From an uncultured Methylophaga sp. (GTDB lineage Bacteria > Pseudomonadota > Gammaproteobacteria > Nitrosococcales > Methylophagaceae): 24,000 bases of DNA. The stretch is taken from positions 60,685-84,684 of the forward strand of contig OZ245877.1 of the NCBI GenBank assembly GCA_965229455.1, read 5' to 3'. Every line of letters begins with the position of its first letter. Position 1 is the stretch's first letter. A program made the translations under genes and the position numbers. Positions 1-9,972 of this stretch are shown here, piece by piece. The notes below the pieces were generated by a model, which did no database searches, was not told where the DNA came from, and worked only from the letters and a program-made list of their open reading frames with translations.

Positions 1-241
1 CCTGGATATTGACGCCGCTGACCCGGTTAGCGATTTCACTGATGTGATCAGGGCGAACCAGTTCAATCTCCTGTTCGGAAACCCTGCCGGTATTACCTGC
101 TTGCTCCAGTATAGGTGTCTCAGAACGCGTACCGGTAACGACCATTTCGTCCAGGCTGACATTATCATCCGCAACAGCAACGCCTGCAGTTGAGGTCAGA
201 GCGGCAGCCAGCATAAGGGATATTTTTTTTCTGGTAGACAT
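1..241 (-). CDS. TonB-dependent outer-membrane receptor, N-terminal fragment (gene continues beyond window start)
   Basis: ATG at 241..239 on the minus strand. My hand translation is MSTRKKISLMLAAALTSTAGVAVADDNVSLDEMVVTGTRSETPILEQAGNTGRVSEQEIELVRPDHISEIANRVSGVNIQ. That gives a signal peptide, a TonB-box-like DEMVVTGTR and plug-domain motifs. The frame stays open to position 1. It is absent from the ORF track because it is truncated. Confidence 0.7.
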   Translation of the reverse strand, partial: MSTRKKISLMLAAALTSTAGVAVADDNVSLDEMVVTGTRSETPILEQAGNTGRVSEQEIELVRPDHISEIANRVSGVNIQ

Positions 242-393
242 ATTTCTCTCATGAATATCGTGGTTATTGTGTGGATGCATTTTCTCATGCCTGAATCCCT
301 CGAAACCTCAGGAAAATCCTTAAATACATTGAAAAGATATTCCTAAAACCCCACTTAGTGATTTGAATCAATTTCAGGTGTATAAGTCCGTTT

Positions 394-1299
394 ATGGAAT
401 ACAAAGACTATTACAAGATACTGGGTGTCAATCGCGATGCGTCGCAGGATGACATCAAAAAGGCCTATCGCCGTCTCGCCAGGAAATATCATCCCGATGT
501 GAGCAAAGAGGCCGATGCTGAAGACAAGTTCAAGGAAGTCGGCGAAGCTTATGAAGTGCTGCGTGATGCACAGAAGCGTGCGCAATACGATCAATTCGGC
601 AGTAACTACCGTCATGGCCAATCCTTCACGCCCCCACCGGGTTGGGAAGAAAATATGGGCGGTTTCGCCGGTGGTGGTAACTTCAGCAGCTTCTTCGAGA
701 ACCTGTTCGGGGGCATGGGCGGCATGGGCGGTGCCGGCATGGGCGATAATTTCTTTGCCAAAGGTGAAGATGTTAACGCCAAGATCACGATTTCACTGGA
801 AGATGCGTTTAATGGTGCCACCAAAACTATCCGACGTCCCGCCGGTGCCAGTCAGGGTGGCACCATCAACGTAAAAATCCCGGCCGGCATTGCCTCGGGT
901 AAAAAAATCCGCCTTGGTGGTCAGGGCAAAGCCGGGATGGGCAGCAAGCCGGGTGATCTCTATCTGGAAGTGCAGATTGCGCCACACAAACACTACCGGT
1001 TGGAAGGTAAGGATGTGTATCTGGATCTGCCTCTGGCACCCTGGGAAGCTGCGCTGGGGGCCAAAGTGACTGTGCCGACCCTGGCCGGCAAGATCAGTCT
1101 CACCATTCCCGCTGGTGCCCGCAGTGGTCAGAAAATGCGGCTTAAAGGGCGTGGTTTGCCTGGCAAAGAACCCGGTGACGAGTTCGTTGTATTGCAGATC
1201 ATGACGCCCCCCGCAGACAGCGACAAAGCCAAGAAACTCTACATGCAGATGGCGGAGGAAATGGCCTTCAACCCGCGAGATGCACTGGAACAAGTCTGA
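394..1299 (+). CDS. cbpA: Curved-DNA-binding protein CbpA (DnaJ-like co-chaperone without the zinc-finger domain)
   Basis: N-terminal J-domain (KDYYKILGV...[13 protein letters not shown] with HPD), a G/F/M-rich linker, no CxxCxGxG repeats, and DnaJ C-terminal domains ([33 protein letters not shown]). The length of 301 aa fits CbpA rather than DnaJ. Confidence 0.9.
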   Translation: MEYKDYYKILGVNRDASQDDIKKAYRRLARKYHPDVSKEADAEDKFKEVGEAYEVLRDAQKRAQYDQFGSNYRHGQSFTPPPGWEENMGGFAGGGNFSSFFENLFGGMGGMGGAGMGDNFFAKGEDVNAKITISLEDAFNGATKTIRRPAGASQGGTINVKIPAGIASGKKIRLGGQGKAGMGSKPGDLYLEVQIAPHKHYRLEGKDVYLDLPLAPWEAALGAKVTVPTLAGKISLTIPAGARSGQKMRLKGRGLPGKEPGDEFVVLQIMTPPADSDKAKKLYMQMAEEMAFNPRDALEQV

Positions 1300-1312
1300 T
1301 AAGGAGGTTTAG

Positions 1313-2689
1313 ATGACCAAGAATCTCAAATCCCTCTTAGTCTGGCTGGCTGGCCTGACTTTAATTGCTCAAGTTGCCAGTGCCGCACTGCCGCTGGACT
1401 GGTTTGCCAGCGAGGGCAAAATGCCAACACTGGCCCCAATGCTGGATCGCTCCAAACCTGCCGTGGTGAATATAGCGACCCGCAGTCAGGTGCGGGTGCA
1501 GGATAACCCACTGTTAAACGATCCTTTCTTCCGTCATTTCTTTAATTTGCCGGATCAACCCCGTGTCAGACCTCGGCAGAGCCTGGGGTCGGGCGTCATC
1601 ATTGATGCCCGAGAGGGGCTGGTGATTACCAACAACCACGTGATTCGCGGTGCGGATGAAATTACAGTTTCGCTGAATGATGGTCGAAACTTCCAGGCTG
1701 AACTCGTCGGCACCGATCCGGCCACCGATGTAGCGCTTATCAAAATTCCATCGGAAAACTTGTCGGCCTTGCCTCTGGCGGACTCAGAATCCCTGCGGGT
1801 CGGTGACTTTGTGGTCGCCATCGGCAACCCGTTTGGCCTGGGTCAGACCGTGACATCCGGTATTGTCAGTGCCCTCGGTCGTAGCGGTCTGGGCATTGAA
1901 GGCTACGAAAACTTTATCCAGACTGATGCCTCAATAAACCCCGGTAACTCCGGCGGTGCGCTGGTCAATCTGCGTGGTGAACTGGTGGGGATTAACACCG
2001 CCATCTTCTCCCCGGGGCAGAATCCGGGCAATGTCGGTATCGGCTTTGCCATTCCCAGCAACCTGGTGAAACAGATCAGCGATCAACTGCTGGAGTTTGG
2101 TGAGGTACACCGCGCTTATCTGGGTGTGCAGATGCAGGACATCACACCGGAACTGGCCTATGCGTTCAATATCGATCAACAGGAAGGTGCCGTGGTAACG
2201 CATGTCGTTCCCAACTCGGCCGCTGATGAGGCGGGTCTGCGGGTCGGCGACATAATCACCGCGGTGGATGGTGCCCGTCTGGCGAATGCAGACAGTTTAC
2301 GTAACACCATTGGCCTGATGGTCGTCGGTCAGGAAGTTGAATTATCGATCATTCGTGATGGCGACAAGAAAAAGCTGACTGCCGAGGTCAAGCAAACCCG
2401 GCAAACTGAAGCTAATGGCACAGTGCACCCAAAATTGTCCGGCGCCACCTTCGGAGATATTGAAGAGGGCTCGCCATACTATGGCCGGGTTGAGGGGGTT
2501 GTCATTTATTCGGTCAAGCGTGGCAGTCCGGCCTGGAATGCCGGTCTGCGAGCTGAAGACCTGATTACTTCAGTCAATCGTCAGCCAGTGAAGAGCCTGG
2601 CTGCTTTCAAACCGATGGTGCAGAATGCCGACCAGTTACTGCTGAATATTGTCCGTGGTCGTCAGGCCATGTTCTTGTTGCTGAAGTAA
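1313..2689 (+). CDS. Periplasmic serine endoprotease, Do/HtrA family (DegP/DegQ/MucD-like), with two PDZ domains
   Basis: Signal peptide (..AQVASA/AL). Trypsin-fold triad motifs TNNHVI (His), DVALIKI (Asp) and GNSGGALVN (Ser). Two PDZ-like C-terminal segments. Strong RBS taaggaggtttagATG, 13 nt after the cbpA stop. Confidence 0.9.
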   Translation: MTKNLKSLLVWLAGLTLIAQVASAALPLDWFASEGKMPTLAPMLDRSKPAVVNIATRSQVRVQDNPLLNDPFFRHFFNLPDQPRVRPRQSLGSGVIIDAREGLVITNNHVIRGADEITVSLNDGRNFQAELVGTDPATDVALIKIPSENLSALPLADSESLRVGDFVVAIGNPFGLGQTVTSGIVSALGRSGLGIEGYENFIQTDASINPGNSGGALVNLRGELVGINTAIFSPGQNPGNVGIGFAIPSNLVKQISDQLLEFGEVHRAYLGVQMQDITPELAYAFNIDQQEGAVVTHVVPNSAADEAGLRVGDIITAVDGARLANADSLRNTIGLMVVGQEVELSIIRDGDKKKLTAEVKQTRQTEANGTVHPKLSGATFGDIEEGSPYYGRVEGVVIYSVKRGSPAWNAGLRAEDLITSVNRQPVKSLAAFKPMVQNADQLLLNIVRGRQAMFLLLK

Positions 2690-2696
2690 ATGTTAT

Positions 2697-2728
2697 CGAG
2701 AGCCGGCTGAAGTCAGCCGGCTTTCTCG
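2697..2728. terminator. Bidirectional hairpin between convergent genes
   Basis: AGCCGGCT (2701..2708), loop gaagtc, AGCCGGCT (2715..2722). Outer cgag/ctcg pairing extends the stem, and a short T-run follows. It overlaps the TGA stop (2713..2715) of the minus-strand gene. Confidence 0.55.
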
Positions 2729-3567
2729 ACCGTTTGCTGATTTGATGCAACCAGTTTCTTTAATTCAACAAAGGCCGTTGAAAGCGCTGAAATTATAAAC
2801 AGCGTGAACAGATAAAAACTCACACTATAGACGACACTGGCTAAGGTACTGGCACTCGTCAGCAATATCTTAGTAATAAATAGATACAGAAAAAATGACG
2901 TCAGTAGCGGATAAATCACAACAATCATGATGAGTTGAAAGACATTGCCATTCGACAGTGTCCACACCGACTTGATATCGGGTCGTTCCCCAACCGCTGT
3001 TCCCGGAAATACCAGGCTTAAACGTGCCAGAAGGTAAAATCCGGGCAAGATAACCAATGTGAAAACTAGGAATATACCTGAGATCAGTCCGACGTTTCTT
3101 ACTACTGACGACAGCGCCTGCCACAGCACTCCTCCCGCCAAGTGCGCTGATGCAGCCAGAAAATAAATTGCGAGGGTCCAGCCCAGGAAACGGGTTTCCC
3201 TAGCTGTCCATACAAATTCGACAGCTTGATCTGGCTGATCTTTCATGATCACCAACCGATGACAACAGCTGGCATAGGGCACAAAAATCAGCAAACTCAA
3301 GAGGAAAAAACCAAAAGCCAGTAGATTATTATCTTCAAAGAAGATGGCAGGAAAAGAATCCAAAGCCGCCAGTAATAAAATTGGTAAGCCTAGTGTTTTT
3401 AAAAGTTTTTTGTGTCTCTGCAAAACAATGTTTGCAGACTGTCTGATAATACCGACCACCGCCAGTTGAGCGGAATCTTTCTTTCGTTCTCGATCCATGA
3501 GTCTGATCCAATTTGTAGAAAAAGTCCTTATCTTGTGGAATTTATCCTCTTTTAACTCACAAGTCAC
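2713..3567 (-). CDS. Hypothetical multi-pass inner-membrane protein, low GC
   Basis: 284-codon ORF with about 6 hydrophobic helices and no motif I recognise. The start is uncertain: GTG at 3567 overlaps the upstream gene by 11 nt, and ATG at 3498 is the alternative. Three 60-nt lines I counted (from 2881, 3301 and 3361) are 33-35% GC, against 58% for a line in gdhA. Confidence 0.6.
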   Translation of the reverse strand: MTCELKEDKFHKIRTFSTNWIRLMDRERKKDSAQLAVVGIIRQSANIVLQRHKKLLKTLGLPILLLAALDSFPAIFFEDNNLLAFGFFLLSLLIFVPYASCCHRLVIMKDQPDQAVEFVWTARETRFLGWTLAIYFLAASAHLAGGVLWQALSSVVRNVGLISGIFLVFTLVILPGFYLLARLSLVFPGTAVGERPDIKSVWTLSNGNVFQLIMIVVIYPLLTSFFLYLFITKILLTSASTLASVVYSVSFYLFTLFIISALSTAFVELKKLVASNQQTVEKAG

Positions 3568-4147
3568 GTTCCAAATTCAGTCGCTGGCTGGCTACAAACA
3601 CGCCGTTTGAGAACAAATGCCAGTCAACGGTAATTTGATCATCGTTTTCAATCTCTATTTCAGAAAAGACCTCGACGTAGCGGGTACCTGTCTGTTTCCC
3701 CTGCAAGCTTCGCCTTTCCCGTTCACTGGCACTGATGAAACCGTCACTGATTCTCAGTGAGTACAAACTGCCCTTATTCATCAGGTAGACAGACTCACTC
3801 TCTATAAAGCTATTCCGGTAGGTTTTGCTCATTGAGATCAGAAACAGGGCGGTGTTGGATTGCTTAACGTCAGCTTCGACTTCCGCTTCCCGGTACAAGG
3901 GTTCAGGTGCCTCTTTATCACCCTCACAGAGAATCTCGGAAAGGGTCCCTTCCCATTCGCCCTGTAGGTTTCTGACAATATCAAGTGCCGGCTCATCACC
4001 CTGGACCGCTATCCGCTTTGCCGTGTCAGTGAAATAAGGCTCGCCCATCTGCAGATAAGTCGGCGAAGACTCAAAGCACTGATATGCCTGTACAGCCGGG
4101 GATAAAAACAGGATTGCCAGCAAGCCGGCACAGCGAATCGGGAACAT
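3557..4147 (-). CDS. Hypothetical secreted/periplasmic protein
   Basis: The ORF track extends to 4255. The internal ATG at 4147 has an AGGAGA RBS and starts a clean signal peptide, MFPIRCAGLLAILFLSPAVQA/YQ. There is no recognisable domain. It is probably co-transcribed with 2713..3567. Confidence 0.6.
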   Translation of the reverse strand: MFPIRCAGLLAILFLSPAVQAYQCFESSPTYLQMGEPYFTDTAKRIAVQGDEPALDIVRNLQGEWEGTLSEILCEGDKEAPEPLYREAEVEADVKQSNTALFLISMSKTYRNSFIESESVYLMNKGSLYSLRISDGFISASERERRSLQGKQTGTRYVEVFSEIEIENDDQITVDWHLFSNGVFVASQRLNLERDL

Positions 4148-4252
4148 GAGGCTCTCCTGTGAACCAATATTCCTGTGACAACTAAAAAACCGATTTATCC
4201 GCAGGGCTGTTGCGGGTGACCGGTGGAGCTTATAAGCTGGGGTGGAAGCTGA

Positions 4253-5659
<1,407 letters not shown>

Positions 5660-5727
5660 GTTTGCCTGGGCTGGCCTATGAGTCAAAGCGACTCCCACCT
5701 ATTTCGGAACCAGCTTGACTGAAAAGA

Positions 5728-5751
5728 AAAGGCCCCGGAAACGGGGCCTTT
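5728..5751. terminator. Bidirectional rho-independent terminator (gdhA / TonB receptor)
   Basis: Perfect 10-bp stem AAAGGCCCCG / CGGGGCCTTT with a GAAA tetraloop, flanked by an A-run and a T-run. It sits between convergent stop codons. Confidence 0.85.
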
Positions 5752-5757
5752 GAAAGT

Positions 5758-7875
5758 TTAGAAGTGGTAATAGGCATTGGCAGTGACATTACGTCTCTCA
5801 CCGTAGCCACAGTCTAAGCCATCGCCCCGACACCAGGATACATATTCCTCATCGGTCAGGTTTTTGGCATCAACAGTAAAATCCCAGTTTTTGTAACTGT
5901 AACCAATCATCGCGTCGTATAAGGTTTCTGAAGGGAGAGTCAGTGCGCTATCACCACTCACATTGTCACCAACGTACCTGACGCCAGCACCGATACGCCA
6001 GTTACTGTTCAGGTAGTACTTATTCCACCAGGAGGCGACTTTCTCGGAAACATAACTTAAACGCTCACCGGTTTCGCCGTTATCGGCATTCAGATCGGTA
6101 TAGCTGAACTGCGTTTCAAACTGGTTCCAGCGTTTATTGACCTGCAATTCCCAGCCATCAATGGTGGCGCCGGTCTGCTCAACACCATCAGGATCACCAC
6201 CAGAGCTAGGAACAACACGCTCATTTTCTATGATATCGAAATAAGCTGCAGTGATTGCCAAAGTCTTATCATTGGATAAGTATTTCAAACCATACTCACG
6301 TTGAGTCCCAGTCGTTGGTTTCAATGTACTTCCCTGGGTTGTACCAAGGTTCATTGTAAAAGCTTCTGAGTAACTGGCATAGGGAGATACACCATTATCA
6401 AAGCGGTACATCACCCCAATACGGCCGGTTGTCTCATTCTCATCACTGGTGACATTGTCGCCCACCTCAGCCAATAGAGTATTTTTAGCCCAGTCACGAC
6501 GCAGCGCCGCAGAGATCACCACTGGACCGATTTCCATGTGATCTGCAATATAAAAACCAACCTGTCTAATCTGATTATCGTCAGGATCAGTCGGATTGAG
6601 AGCACTCGGATCAAAGTTGCCGTAGACCGGATTATAAAGGTTGATTGGGGTTCCCAGTGCTGAAGCTTGGTTCTCCGTTTCCCAGACTGCATCCTGACGA
6701 TCCAGACCAATCGCTATCCTGTGGTTGGTCACACCCAACTCAAATTCACCCTGCAGACGCGCATCCAGATTGAAAATTCGTGTATGCCGATCAGCCGTGG
6801 TGATATAGCGGCCAATGTTACCATTAGCATCTGGCACACCACCGGCTGGCGCAGTCGTGTAATGCTCTCTGGTGAAGGTACTGGATTCCGTGTAGCGGGC
6901 CGTGGTCGAGAAAGACCAGTTATCAGTGAAGCTGTGATCAAACATCAACGTGACTTCGGTTTTCTCACGGTCGTATTTATCCCAGCCCGGCTCACCGACA
7001 AAGGTTTCTGATCCGACATAGCCCAGCGGGCCACGGTCGAGCGTACCGGACTGCGGCAGGAACTGTGCAGACACCTGGCCTTTATTCATCTGACGGTTAA
7101 ACAACACGGTAAAGCTGGTATCGTCAGTCGGTTTCCAGGTCAAAGACGGTGCGATAAAAAAGCCGTCATCATCGACATAATCGACCTGGGTCTGGCTGTC
7201 TCGCTCAAGACCGACAACACGGTAGAGCAATTTACCATCTTCCGTCGCTGGGCCGGTCACATCAAACGCCAGTTGCTTGCGATGGAAAGAACCATACTGT
7301 GCCCAGATTTCTCCCTGCTGCTGTTCCTTAGGCAACTTGGACACCGAGTTCACAATACCGCCCAGTTCACCCTGACCATACAGCACTGAGGAGGGCCCTT
7401 TCAGTACTTCAATGCTTTCCAGTGCATAAACGTTGGGACGGACGGTGTTGTAAAAGCCATACAGTTGACGCAGACCATCGACGTACTGGGAAGGATCAAT
7501 ACCGCGGATTTTGGCAGAGTCGCCCCGGGTATCGAGTCCGAATGCACCAGCATAAACCCCAGAACTGTAAAGCAATGCATCCTGAATCGTCTTGGCCCCG
7601 GTATCTTTAATAAAGTTCTGATCAATAATTTCAATGGAGTACGGGGTGTCTTGAACTGGGACATTCAACTTGCCGACTTGCGGTTGTGCTTCCAGTTCAA
7701 TGTAGCCGTTTTTATCGATTTCACCCGTGGTGACTTCCACTCTGGGTAGTTGAACCGATTTCTCTTCCGAGTCTGTATCGGCCTGTACATTGAGACTGGC
7801 AAACATTACCAGTGGCAATACAGCCAGTCGAAAAGCCGGTGCCAATTGACCAGCTGGCTGGGAGGATGGTGTCAT
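5758..7875 (-). CDS. TonB-dependent siderophore receptor
   Basis: 705 aa. Signal peptide ending ..SLNVQA/DT. Plug-domain motifs (IEIIDQNFIKDTGAKTIQDALLYSSGV, IRGIDPSQY, ESIEVLKGPSSVLYGQG). A 22-strand-type barrel region ending in the OMP signature ..ANAYYHF. Confidence 0.9.
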   Translation of the reverse strand: MTPSSQPAGQLAPAFRLAVLPLVMFASLNVQADTDSEEKSVQLPRVEVTTGEIDKNGYIELEAQPQVGKLNVPVQDTPYSIEIIDQNFIKDTGAKTIQDALLYSSGVYAGAFGLDTRGDSAKIRGIDPSQYVDGLRQLYGFYNTVRPNVYALESIEVLKGPSSVLYGQGELGGIVNSVSKLPKEQQQGEIWAQYGSFHRKQLAFDVTGPATEDGKLLYRVVGLERDSQTQVDYVDDDGFFIAPSLTWKPTDDTSFTVLFNRQMNKGQVSAQFLPQSGTLDRGPLGYVGSETFVGEPGWDKYDREKTEVTLMFDHSFTDNWSFSTTARYTESSTFTREHYTTAPAGGVPDANGNIGRYITTADRHTRIFNLDARLQGEFELGVTNHRIAIGLDRQDAVWETENQASALGTPINLYNPVYGNFDPSALNPTDPDDNQIRQVGFYIADHMEIGPVVISAALRRDWAKNTLLAEVGDNVTSDENETTGRIGVMYRFDNGVSPYASYSEAFTMNLGTTQGSTLKPTTGTQREYGLKYLSNDKTLAITAAYFDIIENERVVPSSGGDPDGVEQTGATIDGWELQVNKRWNQFETQFSYTDLNADNGETGERLSYVSEKVASWWNKYYLNSNWRIGAGVRYVGDNVSGDSALTLPSETLYDAMIGYSYKNWDFTVDAKNLTDEEYVSWCRGDGLDCGYGERRNVTANAYYHF

Positions 7876-7896
7876 TGCTATACCCTTACTATTTAA

Positions 7897-7915
7897 CTAA
7901 ATGAGAATAATTTGT
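7897..7915. promoter_or_regulatory. Candidate Fur box upstream of the TonB-dependent receptor
   Basis: CTAAATGAGAATAATTTGT matches 11 of 19 positions of GATAATGATAATCATTATC by my alignment. It lies 22-40 nt upstream of the receptor start codon. This is a weak match, supported only by the iron-uptake context. Confidence 0.3.
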
Positions 7916-8284
7916 GTTCGCGATATTAGGTAAGAGTGTAACAATTGTCAATTTTGTCTTGATTATTTCATGGACTGATTACGTCAATTATGGCCTCTGT
8001 TAGGCTTGAAACCAGGCATAGCTTCTATCTGCATAGCCATGACATCAGGTCATTTCCTGATATGATTTTTGCCCTGACCACGCATGACACAATCATTCCT
8101 TATATCTCATAAGCAAGGCACTGTAGATTGGTTTATTTTGTAGCAGCTCTATTAACCCCTTGATATGTGATGTTTTTTGACGTAATTTTGAATCAGGGGT
8201 TTTTCAATGGCTGATGAAAGCTGGTGATTAATAACGCAGTTATATGCGTCACCAACTCTCTCCCAAAGCCGGGAGGATAATATA

Positions 8285-9646
8285 ATGATTAACCCGGAAG
8301 CACGATCACTCATTTACCTGGGTAACAGCGAACTCCCGGAGGCTATTTTCGATGCCTTGAAATCAAATGGGTGGCAGGTCTGCGCGGTCAGTGATTTTGA
8401 TCAGGCAAGAAAGGTCATCAGCAACAGCAACCTGCACGTTGGACTAGTCGAACTCTCCTGCAAACAGTCCGAGGCTTATCTCCGACAGATAGAAACTTTA
8501 CTCCGACAATATGTGAAAATTGAATGGATTGCGTTGGTTCATACCGAATATGAATCGCTTCCCAGCAGGCTCCGGCAGATCATTGTTGATTGTTTTCTTG
8601 ATTTCCACACTATGCCATTGGCTACTCAATATCTCCTGGCTAATATTGGGCATGCCTATGGTATGTCCAGAATGAAATGGGACAACCTTTCTTGTCCAGA
8701 TGATATTGAAGAAACTGAAAAAGAAATGGTCGGCAGCAGCCCGGAAATACTGAATCTCTTCAGTAAAATCCGTAAAGTGGCTAATGTTTCAGCCCCTGTT
8801 TTGATCACCGGTGAAAGCGGCACCGGCAAGGAACTGACCGCGCATGCCATTCACGAGCGCTCCAAGTTCAAGGATGGCCCTTTCATTACCGTCAATTGCG
8901 GTGCTATTCCGCTATCACTGATCCAGTCAGAGCTATTCGGCTACGAAAAAGGCGCTTTTACCGGCGCTCACCAGCGCAAGATCGGGCACTTTGAGGCAGC
9001 AGATGGCGGTACTATCTTTCTTGATGAGGTCGGCGACCTGCCGCTGGATCAACAAATTAACCTACTGCGCTTCCTTCAGGAAGGGACTATTCAGCGTGTC
9101 GGCAGCAACCAGCCAGTCCCCATCAATACCCGTGTCATCGCAGCTACGCATGTCGATCTGAATCATGCGGTTAAATCCGGCAAGCTGCGCGAAGATTTAT
9201 TTTACCGGCTGAATGTGCTGCAACTGAGAACCCCGCCACTTCGCGAGAGACAGGGCGATATCGAGCTACTGGCCAATTATTTCTTCAAAAAGTTCTCTCA
9301 TGAAAAAAGCAGTAATGTCAGAGGCTTCTCTCAATCCTGCCTGGCTGTGATGCGTGACTACGCCTGGGAAGGTAACGTGCGTGAACTGGTTAATCGTATC
9401 CGGCACGCCATGGTGATGTGCGAGAACCGCCTGATTTCTGCTGAAGACCTGGGCATAGACCAGAAATCTCATTACTTCCACTTCCTGAGCCTGAAAGAGG
9501 TCAGGGACAGAGCTGAAAAAGAAGCCATCAACAATGCGCTGCACCGTCTGCAGAAAAATGTCACGCTGGTAGCAAGAACACTTGGCGTCTCCCGGGTAAC
9601 GCTTTACCGCTTGATTGAAAAACACGGTATCAACCTGGCTGACTAG
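8285..9646 (+). CDS. Sigma-54-dependent transcriptional activator (bacterial enhancer-binding protein) with a degenerate receiver-like N-terminal domain
   Basis: AAA+ core: Walker A GESGTGKE (8810..8830), GAFTGA loop in SELFGYEKGAFTGA (8951..8968), Walker B IFLDEVGD, and R-finger region WEGNVRELVN. C-terminal Fis-type HTH (VARTLGVSRVTLYRLIEKHGI). Good RBS gggaggataatataATG. The N-terminal ~130 aa is receiver-like but lacks the acidic pocket (see findings). Confidence 0.9.
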   Translation: MINPEARSLIYLGNSELPEAIFDALKSNGWQVCAVSDFDQARKVISNSNLHVGLVELSCKQSEAYLRQIETLLRQYVKIEWIALVHTEYESLPSRLRQIIVDCFLDFHTMPLATQYLLANIGHAYGMSRMKWDNLSCPDDIEETEKEMVGSSPEILNLFSKIRKVANVSAPVLITGESGTGKELTAHAIHERSKFKDGPFITVNCGAIPLSLIQSELFGYEKGAFTGAHQRKIGHFEAADGGTIFLDEVGDLPLDQQINLLRFLQEGTIQRVGSNQPVPINTRVIAATHVDLNHAVKSGKLREDLFYRLNVLQLRTPPLRERQGDIELLANYFFKKFSHEKSSNVRGFSQSCLAVMRDYAWEGNVRELVNRIRHAMVMCENRLISAEDLGIDQKSHYFHFLSLKEVRDRAEKEAINNALHRLQKNVTLVARTLGVSRVTLYRLIEKHGINLAD

Positions 9647-9709
9647 GGCACACCAGTCCATAAAACGCTTCTCTTCACAACTTTTATGCTACCCAGGCAG
9701 GTTGCGCTT

Positions 9710-9737
9710 TCATGATTAAATTTTTTCAAAATCATGA
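9710..9737. promoter_or_regulatory. Inverted repeat TCATGATT-N12-AATCATGA, candidate upstream activator or operator site
   Basis: Perfect 8-bp arms at 9710..9717 and 9730..9737. A third CATGA copy sits at 9741..9745. The repeat lies about 180-205 bp upstream of the -24-like element. Confidence 0.3.
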
Positions 9738-9749
9738 CTCCATGATGAC

Positions 9750-9767
9750 TGTAAAGAGATCTTTACA
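9750..9767. promoter_or_regulatory. 18-bp near-perfect palindrome TGTAAAGA-GA-TCTTTACA, candidate EBP upstream activating sequence
   Basis: 8-bp arms pair perfectly and only the central 2 nt do not. TGT-N12-ACA geometry, about 150-165 bp upstream of the -24-like element. That is the usual distance for enhancer-binding-protein sites. Confidence 0.35.
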
Positions 9768-9914
9768 CGTTAAAAAAATCCGAAATCCTATTACTTAACA
9801 GTCAGTTAATTAATCACCCCCCGCATTATAGCTGTTTCATAAAGTTTACAATCCCCGCTTCTGTCCTCCGCCCAAAAATTTAAATTATTCATATTTTTCA
9901 ATCACTTAAAAACC

Positions 9915-9930
9915 AGGCACGATCTATGTA
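9915..9930 (+). promoter_or_regulatory. Candidate sigma-54 (-24/-12) promoter for the fap-like operon
   Basis: aGGCACGatctaTGta against TGGCACG-N4-TTGCW. The -24 GGCACG is perfect and the spacing is right. The -12 element is TGT rather than TGC. It lies about 43 nt upstream of the first ATG of the operon and directly downstream of a sigma-54 activator gene. Confidence 0.35.
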
Positions 9931-9972
9931 ACAGCCTTTGCACATGGTGTGAATTTCACTGGCATGGCTTAT

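Noticed and set aside
9691-9712. CAGGCAGGTTGCGCTTTC as a sigma-54 -24/-12 element
   Set aside because: The GG-to-GC spacing is off by 2 nt and the -24 box is poor. It also lies more than 260 nt from the first ORF.
9769-9914. IHF binding site between the palindromes and the -24 element (for example AATCACTTAAAAA around 9900)
   Set aside because: No segment matches WATCAA-N4-TTR without multiple mismatches. The region is merely AT-rich.
9927-9942. Alternative sigma-54 promoter using the good TTTGCA at 9937..9942 as the -12 element
   Set aside because: The corresponding -24 position reads TGTAACA and lacks the essential GG. The GGCACG at 9916..9921 is about 24 nt from this GC, which is the wrong spacing.
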